Position numbers and translations under genes: made by a program. From positions 20,026,001 through 20,090,000 of the forward strand of contig OZ024761.1 of NCBI GenBank assembly GCA_964016885.1: DNA of 64,000 nt, read 5' to 3'. The stretch comes from Eledone cirrhosa. Lineage: Eukaryota. Positions 52,085 to 64,000 of this stretch are shown piece after piece; the stretch's first letter is position 1, and every line of letters begins with the position of its first letter. The notes under the pieces were generated by a model, which saw only the letters and a program-made list of their open reading frames with translations, was not told the DNA's origin and ran no database searches.

Positions 52085-52088
<4 letters not shown>
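51961..52088. repeat. Perfect 128-bp palindrome with a hammerhead core (family H3) on each strand
   Basis: 64-bp arms with no spacer, centred on GGAATTCC. Each arm reads ATTC-CTGATGA-TTTCtaaaGAAT-GAAA-CAGttctagtcCTG-TA-GAAT. Confidence 0.9.
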
Positions 52089-52134
<46 letters not shown>

Positions 52135-52951
52135 TATGGACGAGGTGTGACAAGCGTTTCACGATTGATCAGCTCAAGGTTCGATCTGTGTCGATGAGAC
52201 TTCTGTTAGCTTAGTTCTGTCATTAAGCTAACAGAAGACTGAGGAGCTTTTGATTCCTCAGTTGGGCCCGATTAATAAAGATCAAAGCTTGAGGTGCGTC
52301 ACACCTGAATAAACTTGATGAAAATTTGACACCTCGTTCATACATCTTATTACTATTACACTCCACTTAGTACAACCTCAAAGTACATACTGGAGACTAT
52401 GCATCGAGTGCTCACTTTGGTGAACCAATAGTAACTTGATGTTGCAATCCTTAAACTGTATATATATATATGAGTAACTTCAAAATTTACACACACTAAC
52501 ACACACACAAGGCATGTTGTACACCAATCATGTTGCTACAATAAATCGTTCACTTTCCAAGTTCCCTCTACAGAGTTATTTCTCTAAAATTACATTTAAC
52601 TCATGTAATTATATGCTAGAAATTTATTATTATAATATCCTTTTTATCTTTTAATCACATGTGTCAATAATCAACAAAAACTATTGGGTTTCTCTTATGC
52701 AACCTATTAATTTATCAAAACAGAAAGGAAATGTATTCCATTAGATATATGTGGTCATGAATCGTTCTTAGTTAAATTAAAATCTACCAACAAAATTTTA
52801 TATAAGAATAATACAAGTTACTTAGTAATGAATTAATTAACATTAGCAAATCTTTCAAAATTCTTCATTAATTAATTAAAACAGAGTGTATGTCATTAGA
52901 AATAAATGTTATGGTAACAAAATTAAAAGAAGATAATGAAAGATGACTTAC

Positions 52952-55900
52952 CGGCCGTAGGCTCTGAACAAGCAGTAACCACACTGTAGTTTATGTTTGT
53001 AGGTATGGTGACACATAGCCTCCATATTCCACGACTTATAGCTACAGAACACACACGTGTAAATCTCCAACTGGTTCAAACGATCTGTGGTACGTGCAAA
53101 AAGCTTTTTGTCGTTAACACGGAAGAAAGATTGAGAAAAGGATTTCTCATGCTTCTGTCGTATCCAAGAGAAGTTCTTGCTTCCCTTGACAAAAGACGCC
53201 ACAGTCGAGGTGGCAGCAAAACTCGAGGTAGTCTCCGAGTCATCTAAACCATCAACACTATTATCAGCACTCCCATTGGCAGCTCCGCCTTCGGAAAGTG
53301 ATCGGAATTTCTTTGGACACGGCCTTCCGAACTCTTCAAATGATAGTCTCTTGTGGGGACGCTTTGATTTGTTAATGTACAACTTGCAACCATGTTCGTC
53401 TGCTTTTGAAATCACCCACCGAGATTTGGATTCCTGTACAGGTCTCGTGGCTCCACCATCACCACCGCCACCGCCATCGGAGTTAACATCACAAGAGCTA
53501 GGCATTACAATCCGACATACGTGTTGAGCCAAACGTGTCTCTAGCCAGCAAGTGTATGGACAATATTGGCATTTGCGTTGTTTCACGTTCAAATGCCGCT
53601 TCCAGATATGAATTTTCATAATCATGATGCGTGTGCATTCGTATTTACATATGGTGCATTCATATTTGTTGTCAGTCTTTCTCTCCATCAACTCTTTAGC
53701 TAACTGACTCATGTCTTCATCAGACATGGCGTTATCACCACTATTACTTTTAGATGAATTCTTATCATCAGTATTTGATTCAGCGTTACCCTCTAACAGA
53801 TTTTTATTTTCATTTTGACTCTTCTGCTGTTGTTGTTGCTGTTGTTGTTGTTGTTGATATTTCGTGTTATTCTGGTCCACTTTTATTTTGTGTCGCGACA
53901 GTCGATGCATATTCATTAAGTACCAATACCAACACTTATAAGAGCAGGACCTACACTGTTTCATTTCGAGATGCATGTGCGTTCGCCAGAGGTGCGTTCG
54001 TACTTTGTATGGACTGGGACTCTTATAGAAACAGAGCTGACATTCAACAAGACCGTCTGTGGTTCCTTGGAGGTTCTGAGCCAGAGATTTCATCTCCTGG
54101 TCAGAGAGGTTAGGATGTGAGTGATGATGTTTGCTGATCTTGTGCTTTTCCAGGGTGTAGTTTTTCCAGGACGTGAATGGACAACAAGGACAACGGACAG
54201 GCTTTAGTTTGAGGTGGGTCTTCCATAAATGTTGCCGGATGTTGATCATCGTTTTACCTGTGTGTTTACAAATCGAACACTTGTAGCCCTCGCTGTCAGT
54301 GCAGTCGATAATACCCTCCTTGGCCATCAGGTTCATCTGTTTGTCCCGCATGTATGACATCATTCGAGAACTCTTTTGATTGCGCAGCTCATCACTGCTG
54401 TTAGCGGAGAAGCTCAACCGTTCAGACGAAGAGGACGATGACCCAGAGTTGCTCTCTGGGAAATTGTATATGTCCATGTCTGCCTTTACTTCCTCTCGGC
54501 TAACAAAAGATCCCCTTTTCTTCATATATTCCGAAAGCCGTCGCTTTGCAAGAGAGCAATGTTTCACGTGACGAAGTGATTGCCATTTGCTCAAACTGCG
54601 GAAATGGCAGCCGGAACACTTAAAGAATGCATTGTTCATCTTTTTACTGGGTGACTTCTTGAACTTCTTGAACGACTGTACATTACTCACGGTCAACTTA
54701 GTGTCTGTTAACATTGTGACCTTTGGCGTAACATTTGCAAGGTCCACAACTCTCCTGTGAAGTCCGTCCGGACCCTCCGATATCGTCATCATTTGCTGGT
54801 GATCCAAAAGGTCCTTTTCGGAAATGCCATTAAATTCACAAAAATCACATCGATACTTTGATAACTGGCTGTCATCATCATCATCGTCGTCTTCTTCTTT
54901 GACTATATGTTCTTCATGGTTGTGTTCATGTTCCATATGTTCACTCCATTGAAGTTCATCGTCAAAGCCAACCTTACAGTAAGGGCAGATGATAGCTTCG
55001 CTCTTGGTGGCTTCCAGCCAAGACGACATTCTCGAGAGGTTTTCATATTCGCCGTATCCTGAGTCAAGTGCCTTCAGCTCAATCTGCTCAAAGTTGGCAT
55101 TCTTGCCCGGATGCTGGTCAACTGTATGCTGGAAAAGCATTGTATCGGAAACTGCTGGAAAACTACACCACTGACAAGAATAGATCATAGTCAAGTTGTT
55201 CTCTCTCGGTGAGCTGAATGTTTTCTTTGACAGAGCGTCTCGGAGGCAGACGCGCGAGTGTTTCCGTAGCGTTGCTATGTTACGACAGATCAAGCCACAT
55301 TTAATACATTCGAGTATCCGATCTTCGGACAGAGACTGGTTTAGTTTAAGATGCTGATTGTGCAGTATCTCGTTTGCATCAGGGGAGCTGGTTTGCTTCT
55401 TTTTACACACAACTTGGCAGGTGACCACAATCTGCTTTGGTTTCAGTGGATGTTCAGTTGATATGTGGTTCAAAACGGTCCTTCGGTTGCGGTCCTTCAC
55501 CGTGCAATGCGGACATTGTACAAATTTCAGCAAATTAGACTGGAGATGGTTGAGGAGTTCGGAGAGTTCGGGGAACTCTGTGTTGCAATAGAAGCAGGTG
55601 AACACCAACTCACCGACGTGGAAAATATTGTTGTGTTCGTGAAACTCTTGAAGCATGTTCGTGCCAAATCGACACCGAGGGAACCAACATCGAAACAGCA
55701 GGAAGTCTCGGGCGTTTGAATGATTGTACATATGTTTGATGAGGTCATCTTTTGAATAATTTAGCTGGCCGCAATGGTAGCATGGAAACACGGTTTCAAA
55801 GTTATGACACTGCTGTAGATGAAGACGGAACTGAAGACAATTCATACAGGAGTAAGTACAGTACTGAAAACCGCAGACATAGAAACCCCCTTTCTTGTGG

Positions 55901-58900
55901 GAAGACGACACTGAAGAGTTTACCACAGATGAGGAGGTGGACGAAGAAGACGACGAGGACGAACTATGGTGGTGGTGGTGGTGATGGTGGTGGTGGTGGT
56001 GGTGGTTCGGGCCACTGGAAGAAGACTTTTTAGTCCGTTTTTTGCTGTTACTACCACTGGAGTAAAGAGACCTGAGATACTCAACATTTGCCGGAGCAAA
56101 TATACTGTTGTCATCGGTTGCACTGGCTTTCTGATTATTTGACTGGCTGCTGTCACCTGCTGCTGCGTTCACAGACAGATCCTCCGCCATCTTGCTACTG
56201 TTTTCCCCACCGCCACCACTACCACCGTTGTTAAAGTCGTAGTCTAGATCCACACTCTCGGTGTCAGTTTCCTCCTCGGCGAATGTTTTTTCACGTTCAA
56301 TTTGATCCTTGCCAGACTGCAGCTTCGCCTGGCGTATCTTTTTGAGAGTGCGACATATCTTAACCATAACATCCATAACATAAGGGCACTTATTCAGCTG
56401 AAGTTTGTGTTGGTTATTTACGTTGAGGGGTTCTGGAGGAAGCAGACAATGGTTGCACATCCGACTACATGCATGAAAATGCCACCATACATGAGCCTGG
56501 AAAGATTTCTTGCTTTTACACATCTTTCGACAAATTATACACACAAGACAACTGTCGAAGATAGCAAATGATGGCTTCAGCTGTGCTTTCACTAATTCCA
56601 CATCTGGCTTTTTATCTTCAGCTAAAGAGCTCGCTTTCTCAGGAGGAGATGACCTCGCTTCTGTTTTCTCATCATGTGTCTCAGTGCTCTTCTGAGAAGA
56701 CTTCGGAGACGCTGAGAGGGGAAGATAAGGAGTGGGAGTGGGGCCAATACTAACTGAAACAGTCAGGTCAACAGTGTCCTGGCAACTAGAATCCTTCCCC
56801 TCTTCTCCACCGTCCTTCACTGTTGGAGATGGATCAACAACAGGCTGCGAGTTAGAACTGGAGTTTGGAGATTTCAGGCAACTGTTGTTAGTATTTACAG
56901 TGGAGCTTTTGTCCAAGTCAGTAGCTGTGGGGGTCTTCCCTATTTCGACACTGGAGAGGTTTCCCTCCTCATTGGAAGCCAGAGGCTTCTCAGTGTTGGG
57001 AGATTCTATAGACGTTGATGAGCCAGAAACATCTCTTTCAGAAACTTTATCAGAAGGACTGGCAACTGTGTCCTCTTTGGAGGGTTCGGTTAAGTCTCCA
57101 CTCACAACTCTATGGGGAGCTGCACCATTGCTCTTTGAATTAGTAACTCTTTCAGCCAGACTTTCACTGTCAGGTGGGTTTTCATTTGCACAGCTATCTC
57201 CGCCGCTCTCCACCACATTACTACCTGCCTCTCCTTTCAATAGCAAATCCCCATTTTCAGAATCTACCGACTGTGATCTTTTAATGTTTGGCGCGGACTG
57301 GCTGGATTTAAGACTGACTTTGTTGGCCAGAGTTGCTAACGAGAGAATTCTTTGAGCAGCTGCTGGAGCTATCACCATGGAAGTTGATAAATTGGACAAA
57401 GAGCCCGATGGAGTTGCTTCAGACTCGACTTTTATCTTGATGGGGGGGATGGTAAAACTCTCCTTTTTAACTGGGGCAGAATTCAAAGAAAATGCAGCTG
57501 AAGATTCTGTTGTGTTTGTTGGATTTTGTATGAAGGCACCAGGGTTTTTTTTTAAGGAAGGTACTGCATTATCAGACGAGACCTCACTATGTATCACAGA
57601 AGCCTCATCAGATTTAGACAATGACGGACTAGCCATGAAGGAGGAGGAGGATGAAGTGACAGTTGCTGTAGTAGATGTCTTAACGCTACTATTACTACTA
57701 TCACTACAACTAAGAGATGGTGATGGATCAAGGCTTGTAGTCCTCATTTCAGAAGCTTCATTGTCATTACCCACTGTCGTGTCAACAATGCCATTTATGT
57801 TGGAGTCATTCGAAGACTCTACAGAACTAACTGTGTTTTCTTGATTGAGCTTCGTTTCTATAGCTGTCTTCTCTGCCATACCAGTAACCTCTGCTGTACC
57901 AGTTATTACCTCTGCCATATCAGTTACTTCTACCGTGTCAGCCACCTCTGCAGTACCAGTAATTTCTGCTGTACCAGTTACTTCTGCCTTGATAATAGAT
58001 TTTCCCTCTTTCTCTTCACTTTTCACATCACATGCATTTGATGAATCATTCAACTGGACACCCAATGTTTTCTGTTCTTGAGAAGCCAAATCTGATTTAG
58101 CTAAGTTAGATAATTGTTCATGAGACAGTATCTCTGATGATGATGATAATGATGATGTTACAGTTGTTGTTGTTGATGATGATGACGATAATGATAATAA
58201 TGACGAGGACGACGATGTAAGTATTACAGATGATGATGATGATGATAATGGAGGTGGTGGTGATGATGATGATGATGATGATGATGGAGTTTGATGAGAT
58301 GAAAATAATGCAGATGACTGGGGACTGTCATTAATTTCACACGACAGAGATTGGGATTGATCTGACGGCTTTGATGTTTTCATGAAATGCTTGGCTTCAG
58401 CAGCTGGAGACTGCCCTGGTTGAAAAGATGTAACATCCACTGGAGAAGACAGCTCACAAGATTTATCCTCTGTAACAACCACTGGGAAAGATAGCTCAAG
58501 AGGTTTATCCTCCGTAGCAACCACTGGAGAAGACGGCTCAAGTGGTTTATCCTCTGTAACAACCACTGGAGAAGACGGCTCAAGTGGTTTATCCTCCGTA
58601 GCAACCACTGGAGAAGACGGCTCAAGTGGTTTATCCTCTGTAACAACCACTGGAGAAGACGGCTCAAGTGGTTTATCCTCTGTAACAACCACTGGAGAAG
58701 ACGGCTCAAGTGGTTTATCCTCTGTAACAACCACTGGAGAAGACGGCTCAAGTGGTTTATCCTCTGTAACAACCACTGGAGAAGACGGCTCAAGTGGTTT
58801 ATCCTCTGTAACAACCACTGGAGAAGACGGCTCATGAGATAATTCACGGCTGACAGTATTTGTGTGTTGAAGAATAACATTTGCTTTCACTTCATCTTGT

Positions 58901-61900
58901 TGAGAAACAGAAGAACTGACTTTAACAATTGTTGTGGTCAACTGGGAGCTGCAATCAGCATCGGGAGTCGCTGAATTCATTTGCATATCATCATCGACTG
59001 CATCCAATTGCAAAATGGAATCAGCTGCGGGGTTTGTTTCTTCCAACTGCATATCAAGTTCAACATGACGGCAAGCTAAGTCCGACTGCAGATCAGAATC
59101 AACTTTTTGACTAGTTGCATCCAACTGCATACCCACAGAACACTCAGAATCAAATTGCATATCAGCATCAACTTTGGAGTCAGTTGCATCAAACTGCATA
59201 TTGAGGTCATCTTCAGGACTATCTACATTTAATACTTCGTCTGGTTCATCTTTAGGACTAGCTATGTTTGATAATGGATTAGGTTCATCTTCAGCAATAT
59301 TATCTACACTTGTTAATAATGTACAAGGTTCATCTTTCGGGCTACCGACATCTATTAACTCTCCAGGCTCATCTTTCGGACTACCAACAATTAATAATCC
59401 CCCAAGCTCATCTTTTGGGCTACTCACATTTATTAACCCTTCGAGCTCATCTTTTGGACTACCTAGATTTGATAGTGCATCTGGCTTATTTGGAGGCTCT
59501 TTTTGTGGGTCACCTTCATTCGATAATATATCGGGCTCATCTTTAGGGCTCTCTACATTTAATAATGTATCGGGTTCATTTTGTGAGCTATCTTCATTTA
59601 ATAATATATCAGGCTCATCTTTGGGGCTATTTTCATTTGATACCGAATTAGAGTTGACGGGAGAGCTACCCTCGTCTGATTGCATATAAGGATCTGTTTT
59701 GGGACTAGCTGAATCAGGATCATCTTTCAAATTAACTGCATCATTTTGTAAATCAGAATTGTCTTCAATGTTATCGTTACCGACAGGCAAGTCTGAATCA
59801 AGTTTCAAAGAAGCTGTATCCAAGTGTAAACCCTGATCATCTATAGAACTAGCAGAACACATTGTAGGGTTTAAATTCAAGTTTGTTTCAGATGCAGCAG
59901 TGACAACAATACTGGAAGGAGAATTCAAATTATCTTTAGGTACAGCCATAATTTGAAATGATTCCTGGCAAATTTCATTGCTAATGACGTGTTTAGTTGT
60001 ATCTGACTTGCTAGAACCATCACTACATTTGATCACAGAAGCTATTTTAGGATCCAATTCCATGACATCAGAACACATGGCTGCAGTGTTTTGCTGCCCC
60101 TCGATTTTCATATCCAAATCACTCTCAGAAACTTTCTGTTCATCAGCCGTGAAGTATAATTCAGTTGCTGAAGGTTGACCATCATTTTGTGTCACTAATG
60201 GTTTAGTTTCCAGTAACAGTGATGTTGCTTCTGAAGCAGGTTGTGGCGGCTCACCACCAGATGAAGGTAGTTCATCTCCAGATGAAGGTAGCTCACCACC
60301 AGATGAAGGTAGCTCACCACCAGTTGAAGGTAGCTCACCTCCAGATGATGGTAGCTCACCTCCAGATGAAGGTAGCTCAACACTAGCAGGTTTCAGAAGA
60401 GATATGATTTTATGTAGGTTTCTCTGGTCAGGCAACTCTTCAGCTAATTTTGAATACGTGTGTGATGATGTCATTTTATTACATTCTTCTCCAGTTTTGG
60501 GTAGAGAAGTCAACGTCTCTGTCTCTCTAGCCATTACATAATTCATTTTACTTTCAAACAATGAAGAGTTATGAGAAATTGCTGCTGGGGGCAGTGATGC
60601 AATTTTGGTGGGAATAGATTCAGATACATTTAAAGAATGACCCTCCAGTGTTTTTTCAACGGCTGAGTTATTTACATCAGGACTGTGCATTTCTACATCA
60701 GTGCTGCTACATTTTGGTATCTTGCTCAATACAGTTGTACAGTTAGAGAGTTTGAAGGTGGAAGATGATGGTTGTGACATCTCCATCACCAGTGAAGCTG
60801 AGACACTAGCTTCTGGGTTAGCTGTTGTTCGGATTACAGATAGAGGTTTCTCGAGAAACTTTGGCTTACCTTTAAGCTCAGCAAATGAGGAAAAGATATT
60901 TTTCTCTTTGATGGGGATCTGGGGGTGGAACAGTTTCTGACTATCTTCATTTAGATTATGAGTACCAGTTGACAGACTAGATCGTAGTAACTGAGACTGA
61001 AGTTGTGGTTTAGTGTGCTGCTGTGGCTGTTGTTGTTTGACAATGTCTACTTTACCTGAAGAAATAATAGAAGGTCGTGAGATGACAGACACCAGGCCAG
61101 ATGTACTGACACATGACAGAGACACCAAGCCAGATGTACTGACACATGATGGAGACACCAAACCAGATGTACTGACACATGATGGAGACACCAGACCAGA
61201 TGTACTGCCAGAAGTACTGACACATGATGGAGACACTAGACCAGACGTACTGACATATGATGGAGACACCAGACCAGAAGTACTGACACATGATGGAGAC
61301 ACCAGACCAGATGTACTGACACATGATGTAGACACCAGACCAGAAGTACTGACACATGATGGAGACACCAGACCAGATGTACTGACACATGATGGAGACA
61401 CCAGACCAGATGTACTGACACATGATGTAGACACCAGACCAGATGTACTGACACATGATGTAGACACCAGACCAGATGTACTGACACATGATACAGATTT
61501 TTCAGATGTGTTGTCAACATCAGACACAGACATTTTACAATCCACCGTAGCAACTTTGTTTTGCATAGTTTCTGCAATATTTCCAACATCTTTGGTGCAG
61601 CATTTTGATCTGTAAGCTTTGTCCTCAGACTCTGCAGGGGGAATAAATACAGCTGCATTGTTAGATTCTGTTTGCAGTGTTTGGTTAGCTTTTAATGAAG
61701 ACTCTGGTATGAAAACAGTGATAGCTGAATTGGAAGAAACAGCTTCAACTGAACGATTTGAAGACACTACTGTCGACTGAATATTTGACGCTGAAGAGTC
61801 GTCACAGTTTTTATCTTTCAGCACTGGAAATGTGGAACAGTCTTCAGGATTTTCTTCTGCAGACTGTTGTTGCATCTCCAGCAACTGCTCGGACACTTTT

Positions 61901-63996
61901 GCGGCGTGTAAAACACGACTGTTGATTACTTCTGAGCTATGACTTGTCTGATCGTTAGTAGACACATCCAGCTTAATTGGTGATGTAATAGCTGTGGGTT
62001 TAGCAACTTCCTCTACATCATCATCATCATCATCATCATCATCAACAACAATATTGGCTTCACTCTCAGCAGGGGAAAGTTCTAATAGCAAAGGACTCAT
62101 TTCCACAGAACTTGCCATCTTGCTGTAGATTTCATCATCTGCTTCCACTTTCGACTGGATGGGAAATAACTTACTGCCAGCTTGGTTCTGTCCAGAACTT
62201 TCCGACACTGGAAAGGAACTCATTCTACCCGTATTGATCAGCTCTTTAGATTGGTTATTGTGTAAATCTGCTGAATCTACATTTGCTAAAGATTTCTGTT
62301 CAAGATCAGCCAAACCTACGTCCTCATTATCTCCCACCTTGCCAGGTGTTTTCCTACATTCAACAGTCTTGTATTCTAGAGACTGTGAACTGACATTACC
62401 AACCTTGATGTCAGGCGCCGCCAGTTCACAACTGCTTGGATCATCAACATCAATAGAACAAGGTGTATTGATCCGTTCACTGTCTATTGAGCTTGGCATT
62501 GCAGCTTCTGTACTATCTACACTGCATGATGTATTCACCTGTTCACTGAGGACACTGCATGGGGTGTTTACCTGTTCACTGAGGACACTGCATGGGGTGT
62601 CCACTTCCTCACTGTCAACAGAAAGAGGAGGGATAGCATTTTCACTTTCTTCTGTACAAGGAGTATTGATTCTCTCGCTGTCCACCGTACTCTGAGTATT
62701 TGCATCTTCATTATCCACAGTATATGGTGTGTTAACCTGATCACTATCGACAGTACCTGGTGTGTTCACTGCCTCGCTGTCGACCGTACACGGAGTAGTC
62801 ACACGTTCACTTTCCACAGTACTTTGTGTGTTCACATCCTCACTATCGAGAGTACTTCGTGTAGTGACATCCTCGCTGTCTATTGTGCTCTGTGTATTTA
62901 CATCTTCGCTATCCGTGACATCGGCAAGTAACTCCACCTTAGTCACAGAAGAGTTCAGAAACTTTGTCTTGTTTGGCACCAAGACAGAACCGATTCTTTC
63001 ACTGTTAGACACGCTATCCAGCCCTATAACATTATTGACAGAATCGTCATTAACTGCTTCCTTGAAACAATCGGATATCTCACCTTCATAGACATCTTCA
63101 ACATCCAGTCTAAGACTGTCCACTGTGTTTTTCACCAACCTCTTAGAAGCTTCTTCTCCATTTCTGGTTGAAGTTGGTTCAAGTGTAGATGTCTTTGAGA
63201 AGCGAATATCTTTCGTCTCACATATTTTACTACTGTTATCGGCTGATTCAAACTTATTCGTTTGCTGAGCTACATTTTCAGCAGCATTAAGTCTGTGAGG
63301 AGACGGGTTATTTTTCACTTTCTTATATTTCTTAATTTTTAATTTATCCGATAGGGATTTTTTCAGTTTTTCGACCTTGCTGCTTGTAGTATCAAGTGTC
63401 TTGGGGACAGTTTTTTTACTTCCTTTCACAGGACCTGGTTTTTTCTTTATCACTATTTGGCCTTTCTTCTCACTTTCAGGATTGTCGTTTTTTTTACTTT
63501 TGCTTTTCCGTTTCGAGACAATGGCCGGAGTACTCTGGACAATTTTTTTTGCTTTACTTTTCTTCTTTGGATCTTCGCACTCGGCTTGAGGTATTTTCCG
63601 TTTCCTACTCGACTGACCACCAGATTTTTTAATCTTAATCAAAGTTTTTAGTTTAACCTTTTTAAGCCCAGTCCCACAGTTATCCCTGTTCTGTCCGAGT
63701 TTCTTAGACTTTGGCATTTTGCTGCTTTCACTGGTATCAGTCTCAGAGTTTGGAAACAATTTCTTTGTTTTAGACCCTTTGAGAACTTTATGCAAAGTTG
63801 AAGTTTTTAGTTTACTATTATTTACAGACTGTAGTTCTTTGGCAGCTTTCTTGCCAGCCCCTTTATTTTCTGTAGGGCACACCTTCTTTACTTTGCTAAT
63901 GATTCCCTTTTCTGTGTAAACCTTTCCAATCTTCTTACTCTTCGTTGTTGCTAACAACTTTGTTCCTTTAGATTTTTTCTTTTGTAACTTCTCCAT
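52952..63996 (-). CDS. Gene B giant coding exon (~3680 codons): long disordered N-terminal region followed by dispersed C2H2 fingers
   Basis: 11-kb ORF ending ...CGYCLFRAYG-CG|GTAAGT, a canonical phase-2 donor at 52951. The frame is still open at the window edge, so the true start may lie upstream of 64000. Confidence 0.92.
58440..58835 (-). repeat. Coding 42-bp repeat (EPSSPVVVTEDKPL), ~9 copies
   Basis: Seen in both DNA and translation. Confidence 0.95.
60245..60380 (-). repeat. Coding 21-bp repeat (ELPSSGG), ~6 copies
   Basis: Seen in both DNA and translation. Confidence 0.92.
61085..61492 (-). repeat. Coding 33-bp repeat (SCVSTSGLVSP/T), ~12 copies
   Basis: Seen in both DNA and translation. 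Confidence 0.95.
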
Positions 63997-64000
63997 TGCT

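Larger units (their letters stand above)
49267..52951 (-). other. GT-AG intron of gene B (3.7 kb)
   Basis: GTAAGT donor, polypyrimidine plus CAG acceptor, phases compatible, restores a zinc finger. Confidence 0.88.

Noticed and set aside
56732-63091. Antisense ORFs of 100-200 aa over gene B, and similar ones over gene A
   Set aside because: Expected shadows of long or repetitive coding sequence with no recognisable domains.

Overview
AT-rich, microsatellite-dense eukaryotic DNA. The SINE families and repeat landscape resemble an octopod cephalopod (inference, not checked). The right half holds two convergent, paralogous genes for very large dispersed-C2H2 zinc-finger proteins. Gene A is on + with a single 6.1-kb coding exon (34980-41096). 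Gene B is on - with an >=11-kb exon (63996-52952) spliced to a terminal exon (49266-48519), and that junction completes a canonical C2H2 finger. The two proteins share a five-finger block, an unusual extended 'HxxWHxH..C..C..CP' zinc module and 'HxWxxH' double fingers. The left 34 kb is intergenic: LINE remnants (RTE-like, L1/Tx1-like), tRNA-derived SINEs, MITEs and simple repeats. The main hidden signal is a set of minimal type I hammerhead-ribozyme motifs (CUGAUGA-stem II-GAAA-short stem III-NUH) from several Penelope-like families. They often lie in fold-back palindromes beside (TA)n tracts, and a 71-bp satellite has been amplified from the 3' half of one of them. Most short ORFs in the supplied track are microsatellite artefacts.
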